In this document: one piece after another, positions 33,738-44,119 of the stretch
How positions within the stretch are numbered: the stretch's first letter is position 1
How the letters are laid out: each line of letters begins with the position of its first letter
Source of the DNA: Thermomonas sp.
GTDB lineage: Bacteria > Pseudomonadota > Gammaproteobacteria > Xanthomonadales > Xanthomonadaceae
Direction of reading: 5' to 3'
DNA length: 64,000 bases
Assembly (NCBI RefSeq): GCF_023953935.1
Contig: NZ_JAMLIW010000008.1
Coordinates: 26,067 to 90,066 of the forward strand
Made by a program: the position numbers and the translations under genes
Notes under the pieces: generated by a model
Seen by the model: the letters and a program-made list of their open reading frames with translations, nothing else
Told to the model about the DNA's origin: nothing
The model's database searches: none

Positions 33738-33950
33738 GAGGGCGGCTGGGTAGGCTGCGAACGGGAGGACGCCCCGCCGACTGCACGGGAAGGCGCCATC
33801 AGCGCGCGATTGTAGCAATCAGCGGTACGATGCCAAAGCTTGCCGGTCTTGCCTGCCGGGATCGCGTCGATGAAATCAGGCTGGCTTGGGCTTGCGACAG
33901 CCAGCCACGCTTGAGCTCCGCGCGGAGAGCCGACGCCACCCACAGCCGCC

Positions 33951-33978
33951 TTGACCCCGACACGGCGCCGGGTATAAT
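33951..33978 (+). promoter_or_regulatory. sigma-70-type promoter of the ArsR-methyltransferase/metH operon
   Basis: TTGACC (33951-33956), 16 nt spacer, TATAAT (33973-33978). This leaves only a ~10-nt leader before the ATG at 33995. Confidence 0.55.
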
Positions 33979-33994
33979 TCATCGCTAAATCGCG

Positions 33995-34936
33995 ATGGAA
34001 AGATATATGGACCTCGAAGGCTGGTCTGCCCATCTCAAGGTGTTTGCCGACGCCACCCGGGTGCGGCTGCTGTCGCTGCTGGAGCGCGAGGAACTGACCG
34101 TGGCCGAACTGTCGGCAATCACCCAGCTGGCACAGCCGCGGGTGTCCACCCATCTTGCCCGGCTCAAGGAGGCCGGGCTGGTGCGCGATCGCCGCGCCGG
34201 CGTCTCCGCCTATTATCGCTTCGACGAAGCCGGTCTGGACGCCGCGCAGCGCGCTTTGTGGCACTCGATCCGCAGCGGCAGCAACGACCCACTGCTGGAT
34301 CAGGACGCTGCCCGCGTCACCGGGGTGCTGGCCAGTCGCGCCGCCGACCAGAACTGGGCCGACAGCGTGGCCGGCGACATGGAGCGTCATTACTCGCCGG
34401 GCCGTACCTGGGAAGCGATGGCGCGCACCGTCATTCCGCTGCTGTGGCCGGGTGACGTGCTCGATATCGCCTCCGGCGACGGGGTGCTGGCCGAGCTGCT
34501 GGCGCCGCATTCCGGGCGCTATGTCTGCATCGATTCCAATCCACGCGTGGTGGCGGCCGCGAGTGAACGCCTGCGCCGGTTCGCCAATGTCGACGTGCGC
34601 GCTGGCGACATGCACGCGCTGCCGTTCGACGACGAAAGTTTCGATCTGGTCGTGCTGATGCAGGCCCTGACCTATGCCGCCAAACCGGCTCAAGCGGTGG
34701 CCGAGGCCGCCCGGGTACTGCGTCATGGCGGACGACTGTTGCTGTCCAGCCTGGACCGCCACGGGCATCGCAACGTCGCCGAGGCCTACGGTCACGTGAA
34801 CCTCGGTTTCAGCGCGCGCGAGCTGCGCAAATTCGCCGAGAAGGCCGGCTTGCAAGTGGCCAACCTCGAGCCCGTCACCCGCGAACGACGGCCGCCGCAT
34901 TTCGAAGTGATTTCGCTGACCGGGGTGAAACCCTGA
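33995..34936 (+). CDS. ArsR/SmtB-family HTH regulator fused to a SAM-dependent methyltransferase domain
   Basis: [50 protein letters not shown] (ArsR HTH), then methyltransferase motif [16 protein letters not shown]. Confidence 0.85.
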   Translation: MERYMDLEGWSAHLKVFADATRVRLLSLLEREELTVAELSAITQLAQPRVSTHLARLKEAGLVRDRRAGVSAYYRFDEAGLDAAQRALWHSIRSGSNDPLLDQDAARVTGVLASRAADQNWADSVAGDMERHYSPGRTWEAMARTVIPLLWPGDVLDIASGDGVLAELLAPHSGRYVCIDSNPRVVAAASERLRRFANVDVRAGDMHALPFDDESFDLVVLMQALTYAAKPAQAVAEAARVLRHGGRLLLSSLDRHGHRNVAEAYGHVNLGFSARELRKFAEKAGLQVANLEPVTRERRPPHFEVISLTGVKP

Positions 34937-34985
34937 TGCCCCGCTCGCCTGCCGCCTTGCTGCAACCAGATCTGGACCTGACCGC

Positions 34986-36083
34986 ATGACCCTTGCATGG
35001 AAACACCCGGCGCGCGTCGCCGCGCTGGACGCCGCACTGGCCCGACGCATCCTGATCCTTGATGGTGCAATGGGCACGATGATCCAGCGCGAAGGGCTGG
35101 AGGAAGCCGACTACCGTGGCAAACGCTTCGCCCAAGGCTATGACGCCCTGTTCGCTCCCACCGGTCACCTGCACGGCCCCGGCTGCGGCTGCGAGGGCAG
35201 CGACCAGCGCGGCAACAACGACCTGCTCAGCCTGACCCGCCCCGCGCTGATTTCCGGCATCCACCGCCAGTATCTCGACGCCGGTGCCGACCTGGTCGAG
35301 ACCAACACGTTCAATTCAACTTCGATCTCACTGGCTGACTACCGTTTGCAGCACCTGGTGCGCGAACTCAACCGCGAAAGCGCCCGCTTGGCACGGGCCG
35401 AATGCGACGCGGTTGAAGCGCTCAACCCGGCGCGGCCGCGCTTCGTGGTCGGCGTGCTGGGGCCCACCAGTCGCACCGCCTCGCTGTCGCCGGACGTCAA
35501 TCGCCCAGGCTTCCGCGCGGTCAGCTTCGATGATCTTGCCGCGGCCTACCGCGAATCGGCGCGCGGCCTTATCGAAGGCGGCGCCGACATCCTGATGGTC
35601 GAGACCGTGTTCGACACCTTGAACGCCAAGGCCGCGCTGTTCGCCATCGGCGACGTGTTCGAGGAATCCGGCGGGCGGCTGCCGGTGATCGTCTCGGGCA
35701 CGATTACCGATGCGTCCGGGCGCACCCTGTCCGGCCAGACCGCGGAAGCGTTCTGGTACTCGCTGCGGCACTTCCCGCTGCTGGCGATCGGTCTGAACTG
35801 CGCGCTCGGCGCGCACGAATTGCGCCAGCACATCGCCGTGCTCGCGCAGGTGGCCGACGCGCCGGTGAGCTGCCATCCCAATGCCGGCCTGCCCAACGCT
35901 TTCGGCGGCTACGACGAAACCCCGGAAAGCATGGCCGAGCAGTTGCGCGAATTCGCACAAAGCGGCCTGCTCAACATCGTCGGCGGCTGCTGTGGCACCA
36001 CCCCTGAACACATCCACGCGATCGCCGACGCGGTCGCCGGGCTGCCGCCCCGCGTGCTGCCGCAGCTGGAGGATGCCGCATGA
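34986..36083 (+). CDS. metH: methionine synthase, separate N-terminal homocysteine-binding (S-methyltransferase) subunit
   Basis: 365 aa. [13 protein letters not shown].. and the C-terminal ..[11 protein letters not shown] zinc-ligand motif. The stop overlaps the next ORF by 4 nt. Confidence 0.9.
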   Translation: MTLAWKHPARVAALDAALARRILILDGAMGTMIQREGLEEADYRGKRFAQGYDALFAPTGHLHGPGCGCEGSDQRGNNDLLSLTRPALISGIHRQYLDAGADLVETNTFNSTSISLADYRLQHLVRELNRESARLARAECDAVEALNPARPRFVVGVLGPTSRTASLSPDVNRPGFRAVSFDDLAAAYRESARGLIEGGADILMVETVFDTLNAKAALFAIGDVFEESGGRLPVIVSGTITDASGRTLSGQTAEAFWYSLRHFPLLAIGLNCALGAHELRQHIAVLAQVADAPVSCHPNAGLPNAFGGYDETPESMAEQLREFAQSGLLNIVGGCCGTTPEHIHAIADAVAGLPPRVLPQLEDAA

Positions 36084-38848
36084 GCAGCTTTCTGCACCGC
36101 TACACCCGCCTGTCCGGGCTGGAACCGCTGATCCTCAGCCCGGAAGCGAACTTCATCAACATCGGCGAACGCACCAATGTGACGGGCAGCGCCCAGTTCA
36201 AGAAACTGATCGTCGAAAACCGCTACGACGAAGCGGTGGCGGTGGCCCGTCAGCAGGTCGAAAGCGGCGCGCGGGTGATCGACATCAACATGGACGACGG
36301 CCTGCTCGACGCCGAAAAGGCCATGGTCGAATTCCTCAATCTGATCGCGGCCGAGCCGGACATCGCCAAGGTGCCGGTGATGATCGATTCGTCGAAGTGG
36401 ACGGTGATCGAGGCTGGCTTGAAGTGCCTGCAGGGCAAGGGCATCGTCAACTCCATTTCGATGAAGGAAGGCGAGGTCGAATTCCTGCGCCAGGCGCGGC
36501 TGGTGCGCCGCTACGGCGCGGCGGTGGTGGTGATGGCCTTCGACGAGGAAGGTCAGGCCGGCACCGCCCAGCGCAAGGTCGAAATCTGCGCGCGCGCCTT
36601 CGACCTGCTCACCCGCGAGGTCGGCTTTCCGCCCGAAGACATCATCTTCGACCCCAACTGCTTCGCGATCGCCACCGGCATCGAGGAACACGACGACTAC
36701 GCGGTCGCCTTCATCGAGGCCACCCGCGAACTGCGCCGGCGTTTCCCGTTCAGCCACGTCTCCGGCGGCGTCTCCAACATCAGCTTTTCCTTCCGCGGCA
36801 ACGAAGCGGTGCGCCAGGCGATCCACGTGGTGTTCCTCTACCACGCGATCCAGGCCGGCATGGACATGGGCATCGTCAATGCCGGCGCGCTGCCGATCTA
36901 CGACAGCCTCGAACCCGAGCTGCGCGAACGGGTCGAAGACGTGGTGCTCAACCGGCGTCCGGATTCCACCGAACGGCTGCTGGAAATCGCCGACAACTAC
37001 CGCCGCAAGAAAGGCGAAAAGAAGGTCGAAGACCTCGCCTGGCGCCAGCTGCCGGTCGCGCAGCGACTCTCGCACGCACTGGTCCACGGCATCGATGCCT
37101 TCGTCACCGAGGACACCGAAGAGGCGCGCCTGCAGGCAACCCGCCCGCTGGACGTGATCGAAGGCCCGCTGATGGACGGCATGAACGTGGTCGGCGATCT
37201 GTTCGGCGCGGGCAAGATGTTCCTGCCGCAGGTCGTCAAATCCGCGCGGGTGATGAAAAAAGCGGTGGCCTGGCTGTTGCCCTACATCGAAGCCGAGAAA
37301 GCGCGCAGCGGCGACGCCCCCAAATCCAACGGCAAGATCGTGATGGCCACGGTCAAGGGCGATGTCCACGACATCGGCAAGAACATCGTCGGGGTGGTGC
37401 TGGCCTGCAACAACTTCGAGGTGATCGACCTTGGCGTGATGGTGCCGGCGCAGAAGATCCTCGATACCGCGCGCGCCGAGCACGCCGACATGATCGGCGT
37501 CTCCGGCCTGATCACGCCCTCGCTGGAGGAGATGACCCACGTTGCCCGCGAAATGAAGCAGCAGGGGTTCACCACCCCGCTGCTGATCGGCGGCGCCACC
37601 ACCTCGCGCGCGCACACCGCGCTGAAGATTTCACCGAACTACGAAGCACACACGATCTGGATCAAGGACGCTTCGCGCGCGGTCGGCGTGGCGCAGTCGC
37701 TGATGTCGGTCGAACAGCGCGATGAGGTGCTCAAGGCCGCCAACGACGACTACATCGAAATCCGCGAACGCCACCGCGTGCGCGGCAACCCACACAAGCT
37801 GGTGACGCTGGCGCATGCGCGCGAGCGCGGCTTCAAATGCGATTGGGCCGCCTACACGCCACCGCCACCGCGGCAGCCGGGCCTGCACGTTTTCGATGAT
37901 TACCCGCTGACCGAGCTGGTGGCCTGCATCGACTGGACGCCGTTCTTCAACGCCTGGGAGCTGTCGGGGAAATATCCGGCAATCCTCACCGACGCGGTGG
38001 TCGGTGCCCAGGCCAGCGATCTGTACGCCGACGCACGCGCGATGCTCGACCGCATCGTCAAGGAGAAATGGCTGCAGGCCAAGGCGGTGTGCGGCTTCTG
38101 GCCGGCCAACCGCATCGGCGATGACGACCTGGCACTGACCCTGGCCGCACCCTGGGGCGCCGGCGTGGACGCAGCGGGCAGCGGGCAGCACCGGTATTTC
38201 GAAGGCCACTACCCCGACCCGGACGCAATCCAGATGCTGCGCTGTCTGCGCCAGCAGGCCGACAAGCCGGTCGAACGCCCGAACCTGTGCCTCGCGGACT
38301 ACATTGCCCCGAAAGCGTCGGGCAAGCAGGACTGGATCGGCGCGTTCACCGTCACCGCCGGTCTGGGCATCGAACCGCACCTGGAACGCCTGCGCGGGGA
38401 ACACGACGATTACAGCGTCATCTTGCTCAAGGCGCTGGCCGACCGGCTCGCCGAAGCCTTTGCCGAACGCCTGCACCAGCGCGTGCGCAAGGAGCTGTGG
38501 GGCTACGCCGCCGACGAAGACCTCGACAACGACGCCCTGATCGCCGAAGCCTACCGCGGCATCCGCCCGGCGCCGGGCTACCCAGCCTGCCCCGAGCACA
38601 GCGAGAAGCGCGTCATCTTCGACCTGCTCGGCTCGACCGCGCGCGCCGGCGTCACCCTCACCGACCACTTCGCCATGTACCCGGCGTCCAGCGTCTCGGG
38701 CCTGTACTTCAGCCATCCCGACAGCAAGTATTTCGTGGTCGGACGGGTCACCAAGGACCAGGTGGCCGACTACGCCAAGCGCAAGGGCGTGGACCTGAAG
38801 CAGGCCGAGCGCTGGCTGTCATTCAACCTGGATTACGATCCGGAGTGA
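36080..38848 (+). CDS. metH: methionine synthase, pterin-binding + cobalamin-binding + AdoMet-activation domains
   Basis: 922 aa. ..[13 protein letters not shown].. (pterin binding), [11 protein letters not shown] (DxHxxG B12 motif), and a reactivation domain at the C-terminus. Confidence 0.95.
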   Translation: MSSFLHRYTRLSGLEPLILSPEANFINIGERTNVTGSAQFKKLIVENRYDEAVAVARQQVESGARVIDINMDDGLLDAEKAMVEFLNLIAAEPDIAKVPVMIDSSKWTVIEAGLKCLQGKGIVNSISMKEGEVEFLRQARLVRRYGAAVVVMAFDEEGQAGTAQRKVEICARAFDLLTREVGFPPEDIIFDPNCFAIATGIEEHDDYAVAFIEATRELRRRFPFSHVSGGVSNISFSFRGNEAVRQAIHVVFLYHAIQAGMDMGIVNAGALPIYDSLEPELRERVEDVVLNRRPDSTERLLEIADNYRRKKGEKKVEDLAWRQLPVAQRLSHALVHGIDAFVTEDTEEARLQATRPLDVIEGPLMDGMNVVGDLFGAGKMFLPQVVKSARVMKKAVAWLLPYIEAEKARSGDAPKSNGKIVMATVKGDVHDIGKNIVGVVLACNNFEVIDLGVMVPAQKILDTARAEHADMIGVSGLITPSLEEMTHVAREMKQQGFTTPLLIGGATTSRAHTALKISPNYEAHTIWIKDASRAVGVAQSLMSVEQRDEVLKAANDDYIEIRERHRVRGNPHKLVTLAHARERGFKCDWAAYTPPPPRQPGLHVFDDYPLTELVACIDWTPFFNAWELSGKYPAILTDAVVGAQASDLYADARAMLDRIVKEKWLQAKAVCGFWPANRIGDDDLALTLAAPWGAGVDAAGSGQHRYFEGHYPDPDAIQMLRCLRQQADKPVERPNLCLADYIAPKASGKQDWIGAFTVTAGLGIEPHLERLRGEHDDYSVILLKALADRLAEAFAERLHQRVRKELWGYAADEDLDNDALIAEAYRGIRPAPGYPACPEHSEKRVIFDLLGSTARAGVTLTDHFAMYPASSVSGLYFSHPDSKYFVVGRVTKDQVADYAKRKGVDLKQAERWLSFNLDYDPE

Positions 38849-38929
38849 GGTAGCGCCGCTTCCCCGTCGAACCTACGGTTTGGGAGGCCCATCTCCGCAT
38901 TGGGGATTGGTCTCGTGTGCCGGAGGTGG

Positions 38930-39031
38930 CAGTCCGGGGCGAGTGTCCTTGAGCGCGAATGTCCTCCGACGTCGACCTGCGGCCGACGTCTCCCCCTTTA
39001 TTTCGCGCCCAAGGACACTCGCCCCGGACTG
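38930..39031. repeat. 102-nt palindromic element: 30-bp inverted repeat (1 mismatch) around a 42-nt loop with two CCGACGTC copies
   Basis: Left arm CAGTCCGGGGCGAGTGTCCTTGAGCGCGAA (38930-38959). Right arm TTCGCGCCCAAGGACACTCGCCCCGGACTG (39002-39031). Confidence 0.85.
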
Positions 39032-39115
39032 CCTGCACATGCAGAGGCGACGGAACCAGCGAGTTTCCGGAATACGGCAAATGCCGTTGGGGCAAAGTCA
39101 AGGCGAAACCCCGCC

Positions 39116-39727
39116 TCACCAGACCAGATCGTCCGGCACCTGGTACTGCGGATCGGCATACGGGTCATCCGCGACCGGCGCGTTCGGATCCACCTTCAGC
39201 GCCACCGCCGGCGCGAAGATGGCCTCGGCTTGCACCAGCGTGTCGGCGTCCACCAGCAGATAGCGCCCGTTGAGCTGCACCACGCCAAGCGCGCCGGTGT
39301 TGAGCGCCTTGAGCTGGTCGGCATTGACGTGGATGCGCTTGATCTTGCCGCCGTAGTCGAAGTGGCGGACGTGATCGGCATCGGCGACGTTCAGGGCCTT
39401 GTCTATCAGAAACGCTTCCAGCCTGGCACGCGCTTCGCGGCGCAGCCTGGCTTCTTCCTGCTTGAGGCGCTCGGCCTCGATGCGTTCGTCCTTGTCCTGC
39501 TGCGCGCGGATCGCGTAGGCCTTGGCGAGATCGATGTCGCCCTGTGGTTTCGGCGGGCGTGGAGGCCGGGGCCTGCCCGCCTGCGACGGCTTGCCACGGC
39601 CCGTCGCTTCCGTGTTCGGGCGATGGGGTTGCGGGCGCTCGCGTGCCGCCGGCTTCGCGGGCGACGGCGGCTTCGGTGCGGACTTGAATCCCAGTCCCAA
39701 CAGCTGGTCGCGCAGGGAATTGCTCAT
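39116..39727 (-). CDS. DUF2058-family protein
   Basis: 203 aa. The MSNSLRDQLLGLGF start, a Pro/Lys/Arg-rich linker and a charged coiled coil match my memory of DUF2058. Confidence 0.7.
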   Translation of the reverse strand: MSNSLRDQLLGLGFKSAPKPPSPAKPAARERPQPHRPNTEATGRGKPSQAGRPRPPRPPKPQGDIDLAKAYAIRAQQDKDERIEAERLKQEEARLRREARARLEAFLIDKALNVADADHVRHFDYGGKIKRIHVNADQLKALNTGALGVVQLNGRYLLVDADTLVQAEAIFAPAVALKVDPNAPVADDPYADPQYQVPDDLVW

Positions 39728-39741
39728 TGCGTTGCGGCGGC

Positions 39742-39969
39742 TCAGTAATGCGGTGGCGGTGGTTCGCTGGCGGCATCGCCGGTGACCGGACTGGCCGCCA
39801 GCGCACTGCGCAATAGTCGCAGGTCCTCCAGCGCGCGGTGCAGCAGCAGCGCATTGCGCGACTCCGCGTCACGCGCGGCGGCCAGCGCATCGCCGAGTTC
39901 CTGCAAGGCCTGCTCCTGGAAGGTCAGGCGGGTTTCCAGATCGATCAGGCGCTGGTCGAGATCGGCCAC
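39742..39969 (-). CDS. slyX: SlyX-family protein
   Basis: 75 codons from the GTG at 39969 (2 nt after the ugd stop). LDQRLIDLETRLTFQEQALQEL... ending PPPHY, as in E. coli SlyX. Confidence 0.8.
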   Translation of the reverse strand: MADLDQRLIDLETRLTFQEQALQELGDALAAARDAESRNALLLHRALEDLRLLRSALAASPVTGDAASEPPPPHY

Positions 39970-39971
39970 GC

Positions 39972-41318
39972 TCAGGCCCTGCGCACCGAGCGCCCGCGCC
40001 CGATGCCGTAGTAGGCGAGGCCCGCGGCTTCGACGTCGGTGGGTTCGTACAGGTTGCGACCATCGAACAGCACAGCATCGGTCAGCGACTGCTTCAGCGC
40101 GGCGAAATCGGGGCTGCGGAACTGCTTCCACTCGGTGATCACGACGAGCGCGTCGGCCGCCTCCAACGTCTCCGCCGAGGAGTCGCACAGGGCAAGATCG
40201 GCGCGCTCGCCATACAGCCGCTTCGCCTCAGCCAGTGCCTCGGGGTCGAACGCCCGCACCTTGGCACCGGCATCCCAGAGGTGATCCAGCAGGCGCCGGC
40301 TCGAGGCCTCGCGCATGTCATCGGTATCCGGCTTGAAGGCCAGGCCCCACAGCGCTACGGTCTTGCCGCGCAGAGCGCTGACGCTGCCGTAATGCCGCAC
40401 CATCAATTCGAACAGATGGCTCTTCTGGGCGTCGTTGACCGCTTCCACCGCATCCAGCAGGCGCGTGCGCACGCCGTGCTGCAGGGCGGTCTTGGCCAGC
40501 GCCTGCACGTCCTTGGGGAAGCAGGAGCCGCCGTAGCCGGCACCGGGGTAGATGAAGCGCCAGCCGATGCGCGGATCCGAACCGATCCCCTTGCGCACCA
40601 GCTCGACGTCGGCGCCAACTTCCTCGGCGATCCGGGAAATTTCGTTCATGAAGCTGATCTTGGTCGCCAGCATCGCGTTGGCGGCGTACTTGGTCAGCTC
40701 CGCCGAACGCACGTCCATCGCCACGATCCGTTCGTGATTGCGATTGAACGGCGCGTAGAGCCGCTTCATGGTTTCGAGCGCGGCGCTGCTGTCGGTGCCG
40801 ATCACGATCCGGTCCGGGCGCAGGCAATCATCGACCGCCGCGCCTTCCTTCAGGAACTCGGGATTGGAGACCACGTCGAAGGCGATCCGTGCACCGCGCG
40901 CGGCCAGCGCTTCGGCGATCTTCGCGGCGACCTTGTCGGCGGTGCCGACCGGCACGGTGGACTTGTCGACCACCACCGCCGGCCGCTGCAGGTGCTGGCC
41001 AATGGTCGCGGCGACGGCCAGCACGTATTTGAGATCCGCACTGCCGTCCTCGTCCGGCGGCGTGCCGACCGCGATGAAGAGGATTTCGCCATGCGCTATC
41101 CCGGCGGCGGCATCGGTGGAAAACCGCAGCCGGCCTTCGGCGCGGTTGCTGGCCACCATCGGCGCCAGTCCGGGTTCGAAGATCGGCACGACCCCGCGGT
41201 TGAGTGCTTCGACCTTGGCCGCGTCCACGTCGATGCACAGCACCTCGTGGCCCACCTCGGACAGACAAGTCCCCGTCACCAGACCGACGTAGCCGGTGCC
41301 GAAAATGCAGACGCGCAT
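39972..41318 (-). CDS. ugd: UDP-glucose 6-dehydrogenase
   Basis: 448 aa with [19 protein letters not shown] (NAD binding) and the GGSCFPKD catalytic Cys motif. Confidence 0.93.
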   Translation of the reverse strand: MRVCIFGTGYVGLVTGTCLSEVGHEVLCIDVDAAKVEALNRGVVPIFEPGLAPMVASNRAEGRLRFSTDAAAGIAHGEILFIAVGTPPDEDGSADLKYVLAVAATIGQHLQRPAVVVDKSTVPVGTADKVAAKIAEALAARGARIAFDVVSNPEFLKEGAAVDDCLRPDRIVIGTDSSAALETMKRLYAPFNRNHERIVAMDVRSAELTKYAANAMLATKISFMNEISRIAEEVGADVELVRKGIGSDPRIGWRFIYPGAGYGGSCFPKDVQALAKTALQHGVRTRLLDAVEAVNDAQKSHLFELMVRHYGSVSALRGKTVALWGLAFKPDTDDMREASSRRLLDHLWDAGAKVRAFDPEALAEAKRLYGERADLALCDSSAETLEAADALVVITEWKQFRSPDFAALKQSLTDAVLFDGRNLYEPTDVEAAGLAYYGIGRGRSVRRA

Positions 41319-41381
41319 GGAATTCGAATCCTTCCGGTTGGATCGGAGCCGATCGAGTCAACTCCGTTGCAGCGACCGAAT

Positions 41382-41409
41382 CCGCCGCGCATCGCAAGAC
41401 GCGCGGCGG
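41382..41409 (-). terminator. possible terminator hairpin between the Mip-like gene and ugd
   Basis: CCGCCGCGC-N10-GCGCGGCGG, a 9-bp GC stem. No clear T-tract. Confidence 0.35.
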
Positions 41410-41421
41410 ACGGTGCCAGGC

Positions 41422-42246
41422 TCAGTGTGCCGGCGCTGGTGCCGGTGCCGCCTCGGGTGCCGGCGCCGCGTTCGGCGCCCCCGGCGGGCGCTTGACCACA
41501 TCCAGCAGTTCGACCTCGAACACCAGGACCTGGTTCGGTCCGATCGGCGGGCCGGCCTCTTCGCCATAGGCCAGGCGCGAGGGGATCCAGAACCGGAACT
41601 TGCTGCCCACCGGCATCAGCTGCAGGCCTTCCGACCAGCCCGGAATCACGCCGGACAGCGGCATCACCGCCGGCTCGCCGCGATCATAGGAACTGTCGAA
41701 CTTGGTGCCATCCAGCAAGGTACCGACATAGTTGACCTTGACGCCATCGGCCGCGCCCGGCTTGGGACCGGTGCCCGGGGTCAGGATCTGGTACTGCAGG
41801 CCCGACGCGGTCGTCACCACGCCCGGTTTCTTGCCGTTTTCGGCCAGGAACTTCTCGCCCTTCTCCAGATTGGCGCGCTGCGCCGCCATCATCTCCGCCA
41901 TCTGCTTGGCCTGCATCTTCTGGCCGAAGGCCTGCATGATCTGCTGGGCCTGGGCTTCGGTCAGTTGCGCCTGGCCACCGCTGAGCTGGGTCTTGAGCGC
42001 CCGGATCAGGGTATCGACGTCGATTTCATCCTTGATTTCAGTGAGCTGCTTGCCCATCGCCATGCCGATCGTGTAGCTGACCTGGTCCTTCTCCGTGGGC
42101 AGGCCCGGGTATTGGGTGGCCGCAGCGGCATTGCCGGCCTGGGCACCGTTCGTGCCCGTGTCGACGGGCTTGTTGGCGGCCTTGCAGGCGGTGAGCGCCA
42201 CCAGCAGGGATGCGGTCAGTGCGGTGGTGCGAAGAATCGGGTTCAT
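41422..42246 (-). CDS. FKBP-type peptidyl-prolyl isomerase, Mip/FkpA-like lipoprotein
   Basis: Lipobox LVALTAC, an N-terminal Mip dimerisation helix, and C-terminal FKBP domain ([46 protein letters not shown]). Confidence 0.9.
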   Translation of the reverse strand: MNPILRTTALTASLLVALTACKAANKPVDTGTNGAQAGNAAAATQYPGLPTEKDQVSYTIGMAMGKQLTEIKDEIDVDTLIRALKTQLSGGQAQLTEAQAQQIMQAFGQKMQAKQMAEMMAAQRANLEKGEKFLAENGKKPGVVTTASGLQYQILTPGTGPKPGAADGVKVNYVGTLLDGTKFDSSYDRGEPAVMPLSGVIPGWSEGLQLMPVGSKFRFWIPSRLAYGEEAGPPIGPNQVLVFEVELLDVVKRPPGAPNAAPAPEAAPAPAPAH

Positions 42247-42335
42247 CGGTCAGTGGCTCCGGGGGACAGGATGGGCCCGGCCGCAGGTGCCGGGAGAAGA
42301 AGCTGAAGAAGAAGCTGAAAAGGAGGCAGTTTGAC

Positions 42336-43238
42336 TCATTCGACGCCCAGCAGTTCCACGTCGAACACCAAAGTCGCGTTGGGCGGGATCCTTGGCGGCG
42401 CACCGGCCGGGCCATAGCCCAGCTGCGCGGGAATCCAGAGTCGGTATTTCGCACCCACCGGCATCAGGCCCAGGCCTTCGGTCCAGCCCGGGATGACCTG
42501 ATTCAGACCGAATTCCGCCGGTTCGCCGCGATCGTAGGAGCTGTCGAACTTGGTGCCATCGAGCAAGCTGCCGACATAGTGGACCCGAACCCGCTGGTCG
42601 GGCCGCGGGCGCACGCCGTTGCCCTGCTGCAGCACCTTGTATTGCAGGCCGCTGCGGGTAACGAACACGCCGGCCTGCTTGCGGTTCTCGGCCAGAAAGG
42701 CCTGTTCGCGCTCCTGCGCCGAAGCCTGTTCCGTCTGCCGCGCCGCAGTGACGCGCGCGGCCAATGCGGCACGCACGCGGGCAAGCTCCGTGGCATCCAG
42801 CGCCGCGGGGATGCTGGAATCCGCACCATCGTGCAGGCCGCGCAGGAACATCGGCAGGTCGAATTCACCGCGCAGATGGGCCAGCGAGCGACCCACGTTG
42901 GTGCCCACCACCAGCCCGGTCTTGACCCGATCCACCGCCACCGCCGGCTTGCCGGAAGTGCGTGCGCCGATGCTGGCCAGCAGCGTGCGCAGCGCTGCCC
43001 GCGCTTCTTCTTCCGGCACCAGCGGCGCGCCGCCAGCCATCGCGTTTTCCATCCCGCGCGTGAACGCGGCCTGGTCCAGATCCTGGAGGCCCGGGCCAAT
43101 CGCGCGTCCCGCATCCAGGCCCACCATGTAGCCGACCTTGTCGCGTTCGCTCACTGGTGCGGTACTTTGCGCCCAGGCCGCGCCGGCAATCAGCACGACC
43201 GCGAGCAGCGCACCCAGCGCGCGCGGAATGAGGTTCAT
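42336..43238 (-). CDS. FKBP-type peptidyl-prolyl isomerase, second Mip-like paralogue (secreted)
   Basis: ATG at 43238 (GGAG upstream). Signal peptide [27 protein letters not shown] domain [46 protein letters not shown]. Confidence 0.88.
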   Translation of the reverse strand: MNLIPRALGALLAVVLIAGAAWAQSTAPVSERDKVGYMVGLDAGRAIGPGLQDLDQAAFTRGMENAMAGGAPLVPEEEARAALRTLLASIGARTSGKPAVAVDRVKTGLVVGTNVGRSLAHLRGEFDLPMFLRGLHDGADSSIPAALDATELARVRAALAARVTAARQTEQASAQEREQAFLAENRKQAGVFVTRSGLQYKVLQQGNGVRPRPDQRVRVHYVGSLLDGTKFDSSYDRGEPAEFGLNQVIPGWTEGLGLMPVGAKYRLWIPAQLGYGPAGAPPRIPPNATLVFDVELLGVE

Positions 43239-43431
43239 CCAATGATCTCCACAGGCGGCTCGGGCGCCTGGCCCGGAACCGCCATTGTCCTTGCTGGAGC
43301 GGCTGCGGGCAATCCTTGGCCACCTCTCGCCCGTTCCCGTGCGCATGGGCCACCGGATCCGGCGTTGCGTTTCGGTCCCGCCTCTCGATGAGTCGATCCG
43401 CTGCATAGGCCATCAGTTGGGTCTGGGGCGC

Positions 43432-43468
43432 TTGACGGCCACAATTGTAGTGTTATACTTGCCTACAA
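43432..43468 (+). promoter_or_regulatory. sigma-70-type promoter with overlapping inverted repeat (candidate YtrA/GntR operator)
   Basis: TTGACG (43432-43437), 16 nt spacer, TATACT (43454-43459). TTGTAG (43445-43450) and CTACAA (43463-43468) flank the -10 box. Confidence 0.5.
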
Positions 43469-43498
43469 CACCGAGCTCAACGCCGTGGAGCGACCGCG

Positions 43499-43744
43499 AT
43501 GACGATCAAGCAATTCTTCCGACCCGCCCTGGCGGCCACGGCCGTCGGCCTGCTGCTGGTGACCTTGAACGCCCTGGGCTCTGATCCGGGATCCGGGTCC
43601 GACGCCAGCTCCGACCTGCCCACGGCAGCGGGCGCGGCTGCCAGCGACATCCGCCCCGACGGCGATCCGCCACGGCGGCTGTCCACGCACCGGCTGCGGC
43701 ACTCCCTGCGGATGCCGTTCTTCTCCTTCCAGCCTCTGGGGTAA
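43499..43744 (+). CDS. small secreted/membrane peptide (81 aa), first gene of the GntR-ABC operon
   Basis: GGAG 8 nt upstream and very high GC3. N-terminal hydrophobic segment ALAATAVGLLLVTLNALG, a D/S/G/P-rich middle, and a basic-aromatic tail RLRHSLRMPFFSFQPLG. The stop lies 3 nt before the GntR ATG. Confidence 0.5.
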   Translation: MTIKQFFRPALAATAVGLLLVTLNALGSDPGSGSDASSDLPTAAGAAASDIRPDGDPPRRLSTHRLRHSLRMPFFSFQPLG

Positions 43745-43747
43745 GCC

Positions 43748-44119
43748 ATGACCAGCGTCGAATGGAGCGATGGTGCTCCGATCTATCGGCAACTCAAGGA
43801 GCGCGTCGTGGCGATGATGCTCGACGGCCTGCTCAAGCCCGGCGATGCCCTGCCCTCGGTACGGCAAGTGGCGGCCGAATATCAGCTCAACCCGATCACC
43901 GTTTCGCGCGCCTATCAGGAACTGGTCGATGACAGCCTCGTCGAAAAGCGCCGCGGGCTGGGCATGTACGTCACCGATGGCGCCACCAAGCGCCTGCGCT
44001 CGAGCGAGCGCGAACGCTTTTTGAACGACGAATGGCCACAGATCCTGGAGCGCATCCAGCGCCTCGGCCTGGACGCCAAGGAACTTCTTGATCCCAATGG
44101 CAAGTGGGGGCCGAAATGA
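43748..44119 (+). CDS. GntR-family transcriptional regulator, YtrA subfamily (short C-terminus)
   Basis: 123 aa. PGDALPSVRQVAAEYQLNPITVSRAYQELVDDSLVEKRRGLGMYV is a GntR winged helix. The short C-terminal helix pair is typical of YtrA. Confidence 0.9.
   Translation: MTSVEWSDGAPIYRQLKERVVAMMLDGLLKPGDALPSVRQVAAEYQLNPITVSRAYQELVDDSLVEKRRGLGMYVTDGATKRLRSSERERFLNDEWPQILERIQRLGLDAKELLDPNGKWGPK

Noticed and set aside
33738-34985. Looked for a cobalamin or SAM riboswitch ahead of the metH genes.
   Set aside because: I saw no B12-box-like or SAM-riboswitch-like conserved core. The leader implied by the TTGACC/TATAAT promoter is only ~10 nt. MetH is a B12 user and is not normally riboswitch-controlled.
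33734-35077. 447-aa minus-strand ORF spanning the metH-regulator promoter and the ArsR-methyltransferase gene.
   Set aside because: It is antisense to a gene with clear ArsR HTH and methyltransferase motifs, and its own translation has no recognisable features.
42247-42335. Purine-rich direct repeat GAAGAAGCTGAAGAAGAAGCTGAAAAGGAGG between the two FKBP genes.
   Set aside because: It is short, low-complexity, single-locus, and sits in an ordinary intergenic spacer. It is mentioned under the FKBP finding but not judged a feature in its own right.
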